Of a stretch of DNA of 32,000 bases, positions 15,487 through 27,100 are shown piece after piece. The stretch comes from an uncultured archaeon (GTDB taxonomy: Archaea; Asgardarchaeota; Thorarchaeia; Thorarchaeales; Thorarchaeaceae): positions 30,001 through 62,000 of the forward strand of contig CAYHAA010000002.1 of the NCBI GenBank assembly GCA_964354495.1. Direction: 5' to 3'. The translations under genes were made by a program, and so were the position numbers. Below the pieces are notes generated by a model that searched no databases, was not told the DNA's origin, and saw only the letters and a program-made list of their open reading frames with translations. The stretch's first letter is position 1. Each line of letters begins with the position of its first letter.

Positions 15487-15990
15487 ATGACCAAAGTGCA
15501 TATTAGACTAGAAGGCGATACTTCAGATGAGGGATTGATCTTGGCAGATTCACAGGATTCCTTTGATAATCTCGATGCATATTCCGAGGCCGCAAATGAA
15601 ACGGAGACCAAGATAATTGTCATTTTTGTTCTCGAAATCATGTCAGGGGTATTTGGAATCATACTGACAGCCATGCATTTTTCGATGGGCTTCTCTGAGG
15701 GACCACTCGGTTTTATAATAGCGTACATTTCCGCTGGGGTGATCATTGGCGTTCTCGCAGTCTTATCACTTGTCGCAGGATGGGGCATTTGGCGACTGGA
15801 GCCCTGGGCATGGAGAATGGCGATGGCTGTCAGCATCGCATCTGTAGTTATCGATCTTATCACTCCAAATCTGCTCCTACTTGGACTCAATATCATACTA
15901 CTCTGGTGTTTGAAGAATCCACAGGTACGAGAGGTATACTCTGAGATTGGATCGCTCTGGGCGAATGAACCTGTTGAAACAGTCCAATAG
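15487..15990 (+). CDS. Hypothetical multi-TM membrane protein
   Basis: Acidic N-terminus followed by about 4 hydrophobic segments; starts 5 nt after the phosphatase. Confidence 0.7.
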   Translation: MTKVHIRLEGDTSDEGLILADSQDSFDNLDAYSEAANETETKIIVIFVLEIMSGVFGIILTAMHFSMGFSEGPLGFIIAYISAGVIIGVLAVLSLVAGWGIWRLEPWAWRMAMAVSIASVVIDLITPNLLLLGLNIILLWCLKNPQVREVYSEIGSLWANEPVETVQ

Positions 15991-16090
15991 TACAGTGGTA
16001 CAAGAATAACCATTGAGGCAACTTATTAAGATGAGAGTAAAGAGGGCAATTTGATGCGGCGAGCGATGCTCAGGCTGAGTTGAAAGAACA

Positions 16091-17170
16091 ATGCCGAAAG
16101 TAGCTGTTGTCAACACATCCCCGAAGACAATCAACGAGGACATAGCTAGAGCAATGGATGCCGCTGATTACAGCAAATTCGTGTCGAAAGATGTTGCAAC
16201 AACAATCAAGCTGAATCTGTCATGGAGCAAATTCTACCCCGCATGCAGCACCAACCCATACATTTTCGATGGAATGCTCACGAAGCTCATCAGTGATGGT
16301 TTCGACCGAAGAACAATACAAGCAGTCGAAAACGAGACTGTTGTAACCAATATCTATGTGGGCACGAGGAATAACAACTGGTATCCGGTCATCAAAAAGC
16401 ACCGCATCAAGTTTCTTCCCCTCATTAAGGCTCATTATGTCGATGTGAAGCTACCCAAGAAGACTCTGGTGCTGGAAGATATATTCGGCGAAATCATTGC
16501 TCCAAAGGAGATCTTCGGGACTAATATCATCCATCTGCCAACAATCAAAACTCATGGACACACACAGATGACAGGGGCGTTGAAGGACAGCTTCGGTCTC
16601 TACCTCACGAAGAACAGGCATTTAGCACATCTCAAAATACACGAAGTACTAGTGGACTTGCTTCTCCTGCAACAGACTATCTCGCACTCTGAGTTCGTTC
16701 TTACCGATGGTACCGTCATGGGTGATGGAGCCGGCCCTCGTACAATGGTCCCGAAGATTGGAAATGTGTTGATTGCCACAAGCGATATGGTTGCCGCGGA
16801 CACGGTCCAAACACGTCTCATGGGGATTGATCAGACATACGTACGGAAGCTTCAGCTTGCAAAGGAAGTCGGGCTGGGAGAGTCTGACCCGGAGAAGATT
16901 GAGATAGTTGGTGACTATGAATCATGGGAAGACCTCCCCAACTTTCACCTTTGCCCCAAAAAGAGCCCAGTGGTCGCTTGGAATCGCGGCTTCCTGAAGT
17001 TTCCCGGAATGGAAACATTCTTGTTCAGGTCTCCACTAATGTGGCTTCCAACGCAGCTCTCTGGTTTCTACCATGATGGTATATGGCTTCCTCTCAAAGG
17101 AAAGAGATGGGTGAAATGGTTCCTTGAAGAAACTGAATGGGGCGCATTATGGAGTTCATACTCTGAATAA
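16091..17170 (+). CDS. DUF362 family protein (no ferredoxin domain)
   Basis: IKLN...STNP, LPTIKTH..TGALK, DG..GDGAGP and SDMVAAD patterns; no CxxCxxC. Confidence 0.82.
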   Translation: MPKVAVVNTSPKTINEDIARAMDAADYSKFVSKDVATTIKLNLSWSKFYPACSTNPYIFDGMLTKLISDGFDRRTIQAVENETVVTNIYVGTRNNNWYPVIKKHRIKFLPLIKAHYVDVKLPKKTLVLEDIFGEIIAPKEIFGTNIIHLPTIKTHGHTQMTGALKDSFGLYLTKNRHLAHLKIHEVLVDLLLLQQTISHSEFVLTDGTVMGDGAGPRTMVPKIGNVLIATSDMVAADTVQTRLMGIDQTYVRKLQLAKEVGLGESDPEKIEIVGDYESWEDLPNFHLCPKKSPVVAWNRGFLKFPGMETFLFRSPLMWLPTQLSGFYHDGIWLPLKGKRWVKWFLEETEWGALWSSYSE

Positions 17171-17185
17171 TTGGAGGATTAGGTA

Positions 17186-18172
17186 ATGGTTCTTAGTGGC
17201 TATATTCGACTCATGAGACCTGCCCAATGGTACAAGAATTTGCTTGTCTTCTTACCCATTCTCTTCTATCCAGTCAAGCAACTTGAGGATGTACTTCAGT
17301 ATGCCTACTGGATGCAATACATACCACTATGGTTCGGATTTGCAGCTCTGTGTGCTGTAACAAGTGCCACATACATTATCAATGATATCCGTGATTTCGA
17401 GGCTGACTCTGTTCATCCTGAGAAGAGAAACAGGCCTTTACCCTCCGGGGCTGTGACAAAGAAAAGCGCTTTCTACTTTGCTATCGTACTCCTCATTTCC
17501 GGACTACTCCTATCCTTTATTCTCTATTGGATGTTCTTCCTCACTGTGGTTCTCTACATACTGACATCCCAGCTCTACAATAGTTGTCTTAAGAAACGAG
17601 CGATCATTGATGTAGTCACTATCGCAGTCGGCTTTGTCATTAGAGCGATTTCAGGAGCAGTTCTGATACGCATCAGCTTTACGTCGTGGCTGGTCATAGG
17701 TGTATTCTTTCTTGCACTGATTCTGGGATTCGGTAAGAGGAAGAATGAGCTGCAGTACTTGGGTGAGAATGCGGCAGCTCACAAATCCGTATTCACGAAA
17801 TACACACACACAATTCTGGATCACTCGATTTCCATGTCGGCAACATGGTTTGTCATATTCTACACACTATATTGCTACGATATCTACACAGTTACACCAA
17901 GCCAGCAGCCTATCATGCTCACAGTTCCGATAATGGCAGGGATCATACTTCGATACGTCTATTTGATACACATAGGTAGTCCTGTCGGAAGAAAACCTCA
18001 CCTGGCTGTGAAGGATAAGGGAATCCTGATTGGCTGTATCTTGCTCTTGGCAACTCTGGCTTGGACCCTTTTCTTCTGGGACACTGTGCTGAATTTCCTA
18101 GGAGCAATATTCCAAGTTGTTCTCGATTTCCTTGAGAATATATTCCCACCACTCTTCCCCTTCCCCCCCTAG
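17186..18172 (+). CDS. UbiA-superfamily prenyltransferase, decaprenyl-phosphate phosphoribosyltransferase-like
   Basis: LMRPAQWYKNLLVF, YIINDIRD..D..HPEKRNRPLPSG, GFVIRAISG, FGKRKNEL. Confidence 0.88.
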   Translation: MVLSGYIRLMRPAQWYKNLLVFLPILFYPVKQLEDVLQYAYWMQYIPLWFGFAALCAVTSATYIINDIRDFEADSVHPEKRNRPLPSGAVTKKSAFYFAIVLLISGLLLSFILYWMFFLTVVLYILTSQLYNSCLKKRAIIDVVTIAVGFVIRAISGAVLIRISFTSWLVIGVFFLALILGFGKRKNELQYLGENAAAHKSVFTKYTHTILDHSISMSATWFVIFYTLYCYDIYTVTPSQQPIMLTVPIMAGIILRYVYLIHIGSPVGRKPHLAVKDKGILIGCILLLATLAWTLFFWDTVLNFLGAIFQVVLDFLENIFPPLFPFPP

Positions 18173-18862
18173 GTGGATAAGATGAACGGACGGCTGTCTG
18201 CATTCGACTTCCATATGCACACATTCCATTCTAAAGATGGTCTTCAAAGTCCATACTCGCTCTTCGAAACGATGAAGAAGAAAGGTCTCAGAGGCGTAGC
18301 ACCGACCGAGCATTTTCGAGCCGCGAATCTAAGAGTCATTCACCGAGATGGAAAATTCATCCTTCCAGCGTGTGAATACAAGTCCAAAGACTTCGGCGAA
18401 GTCATTGGCATATTCATTTCAGGGCACATTGAAAACAGGACCTTTGCTGAGATTTCAGAAGACATTCATGACATGAACGGACTAGTCATACTTCCGCATC
18501 CCACCGATGTATTACGAAAATACACCGCCATACGACGAGGACTGCCCGAACATCTGATAGCCAAACATGTGGATCTCGTGGAAGGCATCAACTCAAGATG
18601 CATCGTCAATAGCTTCAACAAGAGCGCACAGAATCTTGCAAGACGTCTGAACAAACCAATGACAGCAGGTAGCGATGGACACTCCGTCTTTGAGATGGGA
18701 CATGCCAAGACCTGGCTTCAAGATATCGAAACCGCGGACGATATCTATGATGAATTGAAAGCAGGCAGGACACAGATTACGGGTTATCCCTCATTCTTCA
18801 TTGTACATATTCCAACAATGCTCTGGCAACGGATTCGGAGGATTTCATACGATGCCTGGTGA
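18173..18862 (+). CDS. PHP-domain phosphoesterase
   Basis: DFHMHT..SKDG, TEH, PHP, EGINSR and AGSDGH metal-binding motifs. Confidence 0.88.
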   Translation: MDKMNGRLSAFDFHMHTFHSKDGLQSPYSLFETMKKKGLRGVAPTEHFRAANLRVIHRDGKFILPACEYKSKDFGEVIGIFISGHIENRTFAEISEDIHDMNGLVILPHPTDVLRKYTAIRRGLPEHLIAKHVDLVEGINSRCIVNSFNKSAQNLARRLNKPMTAGSDGHSVFEMGHAKTWLQDIETADDIYDELKAGRTQITGYPSFFIVHIPTMLWQRIRRISYDAW

Positions 18863-19868
18863 ATCTGAGAATACGATCAGAGAGAGTTCCTTCGTAAGTC
18901 CACGGAGCATTGCCATCTTCATTGTCTTCAGTATGATTGTTTTTGCCTTAGTTGGTTTCTATGGGGACACGAGCGAGGTTCTATTGGTGCTGGGCTCAGT
19001 TCCTTGGATGTGGATACTGCCAGCAATGATGGCGCTCTCCTTTCTGAATTACATCTTTCGATATTTCAAGTGGCAGTATTATCTCCACCTGATAGACGTT
19101 CATCTTAGTCACGCAGACAGTTTCAGTATCTTTCTCGCGGGCTTCACCCTTACGACGACCCCCGCCAAAATCGGTGAGGCTGTCAAGGGCTATTTCATCA
19201 AATCAATCGATGGCACGCCTGTGGCAAAGACATCTCCAGTCGTGATCTCAGAACGGGTCACGGATCTCTTAGCAATGGTGATTCTCGCACTTGTTGGATA
19301 TGCAGTCGGTATCAATACTGGAAATCAGTTGCTCACAGTCCTTCTGTTAGGCGGTGCAGTATTAGGAGGCGCGATTATTCTTGGGACAGGTACGTTCTAC
19401 AAGCGAATCTTGAAGCGACTGACTTCAATAGGTCCCTTGAAGAGATTCCAAGACAGTCTTAACCTTGTTGAGGATACAATGACGAAAACGCTTAGTCCTA
19501 GGCCTATGTTGGCTGGTACAGCAATCAGTATTCTTGGATGGTTCATGGAGTGCCTTGAACTCTGGTTACTTCTGACTGTACTTGCGCCGGCCACTCCAAT
19601 GAGTCCTCTCCTCCTATTACTCAGTGCCACATTCATTCACTCTACTGCTTCCGTCATCGGTGCAGTCTCATTCTTGCCCGGAGGCGTTGGAACATATGAG
19701 GCCACTTCTGTTTTATTGATTATGCTATTGCTTGTTGTACCCAAAGCACTTGCAAGTGCGGCTACTATCCTGATCAGAGTGGTCACTCTATGGTTCAGTG
19801 TCATTGTGGGATTTGTTGCACTTGGCATAGTGACTCAGAGAGCAAGAAAGAGAAACACAGAGAGCTAG
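18852..19868 (+). CDS. UPF0104 / LPG-synthase-TM family membrane protein (flippase-like)
   Basis: R..KW, TPAKIGE, ERVTD, PGGVGTYE, RVVTLW; start ATG 18852 overlaps the PHP gene end. Confidence 0.85.
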   Translation: MPGESENTIRESSFVSPRSIAIFIVFSMIVFALVGFYGDTSEVLLVLGSVPWMWILPAMMALSFLNYIFRYFKWQYYLHLIDVHLSHADSFSIFLAGFTLTTTPAKIGEAVKGYFIKSIDGTPVAKTSPVVISERVTDLLAMVILALVGYAVGINTGNQLLTVLLLGGAVLGGAIILGTGTFYKRILKRLTSIGPLKRFQDSLNLVEDTMTKTLSPRPMLAGTAISILGWFMECLELWLLLTVLAPATPMSPLLLLLSATFIHSTASVIGAVSFLPGGVGTYEATSVLLIMLLLVVPKALASAATILIRVVTLWFSVIVGFVALGIVTQRARKRNTES

Positions 19869-19872
19869 ACGC

Positions 19873-20961
19873 CTACCGCGTTACTTGGTAGGTCTTAACA
19901 AGCTCAAGCATCTCCCTCGCGCTCTTCTTCGTTTCGAAATATGAGCGAATGGGCTCAATCATCTTATCGAGGTAGATTACCATTGCATTCTTCAGGTCAA
20001 GGGGATGAATCTCTCCGTTTCCATACGCTTTCTCCAGGTCCTCATAGCTCGTGAAGTCGATGTCGCCTCCATACTTTGGTTTGCGCTCGATGATCATCGT
20101 ATCGAACTGGCGGAATACAATATGCTTCGCGTATTCCAGTAGAGGGTTATTCACAACCTCCTTCGGAGGGCAGTATGCAGACATTATCTTCTCACGAATT
20201 TTGTCCTCAGAATCATGTACGAAAATGCTAGAGGAGGGCTTACTCTTGCTCATCTTCGAGGATATTTGGACGTCAAATCGCTTCTCCTCGTCGAATCCCT
20301 CTGGCTCAGCTGCTCCTTCAAGGTTCATGAGCATATGATGGCTAATGACGACTGGCTTCCACCATCCTAGCTTGGGGCCGATTTCTCTTGCAAGCATATT
20401 GGCTCTTCGCTGGTCAAGACCCAATTGAGTGATGTCAGCTTCTAGATGAAAGATATCAGCAACCTGCATCATGGGATAGAAGTACTGAGCTACCTCATTC
20501 AGCTCTCCCTCATGTCTGCCCATGATCGTCAGTGCTCTGTTTGCTCTGGCAATTGTCGTACTCTTCGCAACCCTCACAACTCTCTCCCAATACTCTATTG
20601 AGTCCATGGCTTCAGATGCCCAGAGGAATTCTACCTTGTCAGTGGGAACTCCAGCTGCCTTCCATACTTCGATGAAGTACTCTCCAACGTTCCTGATCTT
20701 CTCTAAGTCACTATCCATCTTGCGATTGATCCACGCGAACCAATCTGCGAGCCAAATCTTGAATCTGACGCCTGCCTTGACCAAGTCCTTTAGAAGAAGT
20801 GCTCTGTAGACTCCAAAAGGCAGGTGTGCAAGCCCAGATGGTTCGAACCCATCATAGGCAATCGGATGAGGTTTCTCTTCTAGCAGCTGCCTCAATTCAT
20901 CCAATGTGACTACTTCTTCGCCAACTCCAGCGATTAACTTGATTCGGTCATCGAGATTCAT
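19873..20961 (-). CDS. tyrS: Tyrosine--tRNA ligase (archaeal/eukaryotic type)
   Basis: YDGFEPSG, HLPFG (HIGH variant), YPMMQVAD, GLDQRR, KMSKS, HPLDLK. Confidence 0.95.
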   Translation of the reverse strand: MNLDDRIKLIAGVGEEVVTLDELRQLLEEKPHPIAYDGFEPSGLAHLPFGVYRALLLKDLVKAGVRFKIWLADWFAWINRKMDSDLEKIRNVGEYFIEVWKAAGVPTDKVEFLWASEAMDSIEYWERVVRVAKSTTIARANRALTIMGRHEGELNEVAQYFYPMMQVADIFHLEADITQLGLDQRRANMLAREIGPKLGWWKPVVISHHMLMNLEGAAEPEGFDEEKRFDVQISSKMSKSKPSSSIFVHDSEDKIREKIMSAYCPPKEVVNNPLLEYAKHIVFRQFDTMIIERKPKYGGDIDFTSYEDLEKAYGNGEIHPLDLKNAMVIYLDKMIEPIRSYFETKKSAREMLELVKTYQVTR

Positions 20962-21059
20962 AGGGTCAAAGAAGCTTGATACTCACTTAACTGTTCTCCA
21001 TTGTATAAATGGAATATTCCTCAATGGACTCTTCTGCAAATCAATGAGAACTATCGATT

Positions 21060-21098
21060 AGAAGAAACACACTAACCACCCTGCCATAGCTAGTGTGT
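21060..21098 (-). terminator. Hairpin plus pyrimidine tract after the giant-protein operon
   Basis: Minus strand ACACACTA-GCTAT-GGCAGG-GTGGT-TAGTGTGT-TTCTTC: 8 Watson-Crick pairs extended by 5 more (mostly G-U), starting 11 nt after the stop. Confidence 0.5.
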
Positions 21099-21108
21099 CA
21101 TGCTAGTG

Positions 21109-24100
21109 CTAGTCTAGGCTAATACCCAGGCTGTCTAGCAGGGCATCGAGGTCAGCTTTTGAGAGCCCTTTAGCCTCCTCTATGATGATGTCGATCTCGT
21201 CGCTAGCCATGCCCTTCTTGAGGAGCTTCTTCCGTAGGTCATCTAGCTCGCCTGGCATGTCCTGCAAAGGAACTTCCTCTTTCTTGGCAACGACCTTCAC
21301 AGGCTTTGCCAGGACATCGGCACGCCGAGCCTTCTCCTGGTCTATGACTTCTTTGAGGAATCCAGGTCTCTCGCTAGCCCTCATTCGTGAGAGATCAGCT
21401 CGGAAAGCATCAATCTCTGCCTCACCTAGACCAGTGATTGATGCCAGTTCTTCTAGCAGTTCATTGACCTCTGGAACCGTAGTCACTATTGGCTCCGGAG
21501 CTACGTCCTCTCTGGGTTTCACAAGGTGCAGTGAAGCTATCTCTTCATTCACAATAGTCATTGCCATGTCTTGTCTAGTGGGGGACTTGGGTGCCTTTGG
21601 CACACGACCTTTCGCCAGCGCACGAATCATTCGGCTCATGATGCGTATCTGTTTTGGAATGCTCCATACCTTCACATAACCCACTAGGAGTAGTGCCACT
21701 ATGAGGACTCCAGATCCTCCAGCAAAGGTCACCAACTGCTGGAAGGCCTGCTCTGCAGAGATGTCCGACTTGATGACCAATCTGATTTGTTGAGCGTCAT
21801 AGCCCTCCTTCACAATATTGATGATGATTGCATGGGTTCCTCCCTGAGTCAAGAGGAAGTAGAACGTATATGTTCCATCTTCATCTAGGGTAGACTGATT
21901 GTAGTAGGTAAACAAATTCAGATCCAGCTCCAAGGAATAGCTTCCACCGGTGATTGGAATATTATGGTCTAAGTCCATGTATGTCGTAGTGAAGGAGAAA
22001 GATACTCCGGGCTGGATCTGAATGGTCAGGTTTCCATGCACGGCGGCTGTCATGATTCTACGTATGATCACATCCAAGTGGATGGGCGACATAGTGTATT
22101 TCGTCGTGGCGAAATAGATATCGAAACCGTAGGTTTCGTACTGCAAATCGCCAGGGAGATTCAGAGTATAGTTGCCATTCGGCATTAGCAGAAGCTCGTA
22201 TTCACCCAGATCCGCGGAATAAGCAATTCCAATCACATCAGATATGGTGCTGTTGTCTAACATATTCTTCACATGGTAGGGAATCACAATGGTATCATTG
22301 ATTGGCGATGAGTAGGTTGTTGGACCGTAGATAGCGGCGGGAGTGGCATAGACCTCAATCCTAGCTATGGCTGTTCTCGCTGTGTAGTTCTGAAGGTTGA
22401 ACCTTACAACCAAATCATAGATACCTGGAGTTGTCACAGTGATGACCAGATCAACTCTGTAGGTTCCATTATCGTAGTCAGTTACAGTTGGGGTGCCTCC
22501 TTCCCAGCTGGCAATGACATTAGCTCCTCCAATGCCCACGTAGTGCTGAAGGTCATCATAGTAGAACTTGAAGCTGAGCGGCGCTCCGAAGTATCCACTC
22601 TCCAATGTGCTGCCTTCATCAACGGTCGCAGAAGTTGGAATGGGGAGGATTGTCACGATAATCGATTTCGTAGCGGTCGAGTAACCGAACTTCGAAGCTG
22701 TCAATCGTAGATAGATCGACTGAGATGGCAATGAACTTACATCAATGACAGCACTATACGTATGGTTCGTTTCCTCAGTCAATACGCCGGTTAGGCTCCC
22801 AATTGTGTAGCTCACATCCGCTCCACCTACTAGTGCACTGTAGAAGGTGTCATTATAGACCGCGAGGATGCTTAACGTATCACCGAAGTAGACCGTCAAA
22901 ACGGTCACGCCACTGGCAAGCTTCAGTTCAGTGTAGATTGGAACAACATTGATGCCAATGATGGTTTCAAGGAACACATGGTTGACTGAAGTAGCTCTCA
23001 GGGTAAGCGGATATTGCCCTACTGCAAAACCATACACAAGCAGATTAGCAGAATAGACGCCACCACCCAGATGAGAGAGAGGATAGACCGTACCATTGAA
23101 CTCCATTGTTACAGTAGCTGTGGTAACAGACATGGCAGATACAGTATCATTGAGGTACAGCTGAACGTCTATCGACGTATCAATCACAACCTCATAGGTG
23201 GAGAAATCAGGGATGATTTGACCTGTTGCTTTTGATACTATGAGATTGAATGTTCTCTGCCTTGGTTGATAATACTGCTTTGTGACGGATATCTGTGGAC
23301 TATAGACACCGAAGTCAGTATCTGACGAATCGACCAGCAGCGTGTAGTAGCCATTACCAACCTCGCTGAAGCCATAGAGCATGCCGTCCCACAGAAGAGA
23401 TGCAGTCATACCGGTGACTGGCGTACTGTAGTAGGGTTCCAAGACCTGGAAAGTGATGTTGACTAGTTCACCCCATTCTGCGTAGTAGGTGCTTCTCTCC
23501 AGGAATATCTCGACTGTGGCTGCACCAGGCTGCACAAATATCTCTGCCAGAGCAGTCTGATAGAATGGTTTGTTGGCATAGGCATGGAAGTCATACCTCT
23601 GCGCAAGCAATCCAGTTGTGTTGAGAGTGATAGTGTAGACACCATTTCCGAGCTCTGCCACTGAATAGCTTCTGCCAAACAGCGTTGTCCAATCACTTGA
23701 GATGACTGCACCTGACAAGGGCAGGTCATGGTCAAAGTCAACAAGAGTAATGACGACCACGATCGGTGCTCCCACAGCTGTAGAACCAGCAGGAGGAGCA
23801 TCGGCAATCAGAGAAGTCTGGACCTCCCTTATGGTTGCTGGAACGGCGAGTGTAATCCTGGTTGAGTAGAAGGGTGCGCCTGACTTGCTGAGAGTGAAAT
23901 CAAAGAAGACAATTCCAGTGTATCCGAAGATGCTGCTATTGATGAGGATTCTGTAGTTACCGTCGCCCTGTCGGACCAACGTGTACTGAGGTGAAGACCA
24001 GTTACCGCTTGTTATCAGCAACTGAGCATCATCAATACCGGCCCCTGTCAGGTAATCGACATAACTGAGCTCGATAGTTATGTTATCAAAGTACGGAGTA

Positions 24101-27100
24101 TCTTCCACGAGTGGAAACAGAATCTGGGTTGATCGTTCTACTGTCGATGCAGTTGTTGAAGTGCTTCGAGGTGCGTAATAGGGGACGCCGGGCCCTAGGT
24201 CGATTGTCATTTGAATAGGATGCCCAGTGACGAGGGCATCAGGACTGATGATAGTGGAGTTAAAGACTATCTCATAGTATGTTGAGTATTCATTGAGAGT
24301 GTAACTGCCGGATGCGATCACTGTGTAGAGGGGTCCATGTGTGAGTGTGATATGACTCTTCGTTATTGCTATCTTGGTGCCCAACAAGTAATCCGTGAAT
24401 TTGAATCGGAGGACCACGTTTTCAAGGAAGGAAACACTCCCTGGAGTCTGAGTGATAAGAATCTGAGTTGTTCTCGTAGTGACCCTCGCCAATACATCTC
24501 TCGAACCAGGAAGGTAGAACGGTTCTCCTATGAATGTTACAGTGACAGTGAGGAGATAGTAACCAGGTGCACCAAGAGCAGTCGTGTCGACCTCGATGAG
24601 ATAACGACCGTCACCCACGTATTTGAACCAGTAGTTTGAGTTCAGCACTAGTGCATAACTGCCATTCCCGGATACAGCAATGGCAGCACCGGGAATACCT
24701 CTTCCTGTGCTATCATCAACATAGGTGACATATAGAGTAAGATTAGATGAATATGGTGCACGATCCGGACTATCATAGCCTAGTTGAGTGGACCTCTTTA
24801 GTACCGATATGTCGAATACTTCGACCGCGTTTGCATAATACGGGTATGTATGGACAACGGCAGCTGTGACAGAGTATATTCCATCTGCTGGAAAAGCTGT
24901 TGTATTCAACGTAACTATAAAACGTCCCTCTGGACTGTATACGACAGTGTATTTATCTGCTGGAATATTCAATGTCAATGTTCCGGTCATGCCAGTAGCC
25001 GAGCCAGCGATTATGTCAGTGTAAACGAAGACGATAGTTATGTTGTTGCCCCACTGCCCGAGGCTAAACGACAGGTGAGAGAGCTGCGTTGCCCTTGTGA
25101 CGACGTTGACAGAGAATGTCTTGCTCTGAATTGAAGCATAGAACGGTGCTCCGGTCCAAGTTAGATTCAGGTGAAGAACATGAGTTCCGACACTTCCTAT
25201 CGATGCAGTATCTATGTACAGTGTGAACTCCTTGGTCGCTGGGTTATATGAATAGGTGAACGTCACACCTGCATCGTTCAGGTCAATATCGAGTTGAATC
25301 GATTCTCCGATTTTCAATGAGGTGAGCGTATCGACAAAACTGAAGAGAAACTCAGCTTGTTCACCATAAGGAGTGGAGGCAACAGGTGTGTAGTCAACAT
25401 ATGTAGGTCTATCTAGTAGAATCAGTGAAACAACCATAGTACCATTCTCATATAGGGGACTCTGCCCTTTCCTCCACATGAAGGAGAGCTCAAATCGAAA
25501 TGTATCTGTACTTGAGAATAGTGAACTGTCAAGAATGAAGACATAGGTACCAGGAACCGATTCAGATTCAATCACCGTGAAATCGCTCTGAGTGACCGAG
25601 TTGCCCGCATCAAGTGCCGTAATTCGTAGAAACACGTTGTCCGTGCTGTTGCTTATTCTCTGCAGGCTTACGGTGTCCCAATAGATCACTGTGAAGTTGA
25701 AGGTGTTCAAGTAGTAGGTAGCAGTCGGTGCGAGTTCAAGATACAGATCAGTATCTGTCCCTGTTATTCTTGCGCTGGTGTCTATCGTCTGACTATAGAA
25801 CTTGTCAACAATCCCAGTCCACTCAATGAGAATATATAGATCCTTCCATCCAATACTTCCCCATTGGTCGCTTGGGATGCTGACATTGTAGTGCCCTAGA
25901 CCAAGAGAAGACTGGGCAACAGAGCATACTATACTTCCAATTTCCGGGGAAGTCATAGTGAGTCTCACTTCTCCTGTGAAGTTGCCGATGCCAACTCGGA
26001 GCTCTGTATCCTGATAGAAGACAAGTACTGTAATTGTACTTCCATAGGGTGTCTGTACGATGGGTGCGTCTAGTACAAAGAGGGTGTTTCTTTTCCGTAT
26101 CTCAACAGCGATGTCAAACGTGTGATTCAGATGGTCATCTTTCATCACATTAAATCTGACATCGATGAAGTCCGACCCAGTCAGAGGATCACTCGACTTG
26201 GTGAAGATTGTAATGTTGTACTTCCCGGGCAAAGTTTCGACAACTGTGTAGTTCGTATCGCCCGAAATATGGAAAGACGTCCAGTTGCAGGTGATTGAGG
26301 AGCTAGAGCCCGTGATTGGTGTCCCGTGGTCAGTATCGGTCCATGTCAATAGGAATGAGGACGCCTCACCAAGAGGTATTGATAGCTGATTAGAGGTGTA
26401 TGTGATGGACGTATAGATCTCTCTTGCTTCGACATACATCAGCATTGTCTGCGGCTCTACGAAGGATCCCGTTGCATAGACACGGACTGGGTATTCACCA
26501 ATCTCCATGCCTGATACATCAAGTTGGAATTCGAACTGACCCATTCCTAGTGAGACTACGGTGTAGGGGTTAGACCAATCGCACCATAGGTTTCCCTCTG
26601 AGATTCCGGTCCCATTGACATTGGCGAAGACCGCGGTAAATGACTGATCGTCACCGACAGGACCAGAAATGCCAGGATAGTCAGGCGATGCTAAGGTGGC
26701 CGCATAATTGACGTTTATCGTGAGGTCAGTACTGGACGAATCAAAGTATGGATGAGTCCATTCCAAGTCCATAACATATTGACCACTTCTTGAAAGACCC
26801 GATGTGTCTATTACTTTGGTATATTGACCATTTCCATTGTCATCAAATGTTCCAACACCTAATGACCAATCGAGAGTCATGGTGCCCCCAGGAACAAGAA
26901 CAGTGGGTGAGTAGCTGTCGGTATCTTCCACTTCCAGAATAATGAGCAATAGGTCTCCGAAGGTCACATTAGTGACCATTGTTCCAACTGCATCGTTCGG
27001 ATATATTAAGACTATATCAGAAGCATGAACCACCCCGAATGGTCTCTTAAATAATCCGACAGAGGTCCGTTCTCCATCTGCACCCAGATTGTTGGTTATT

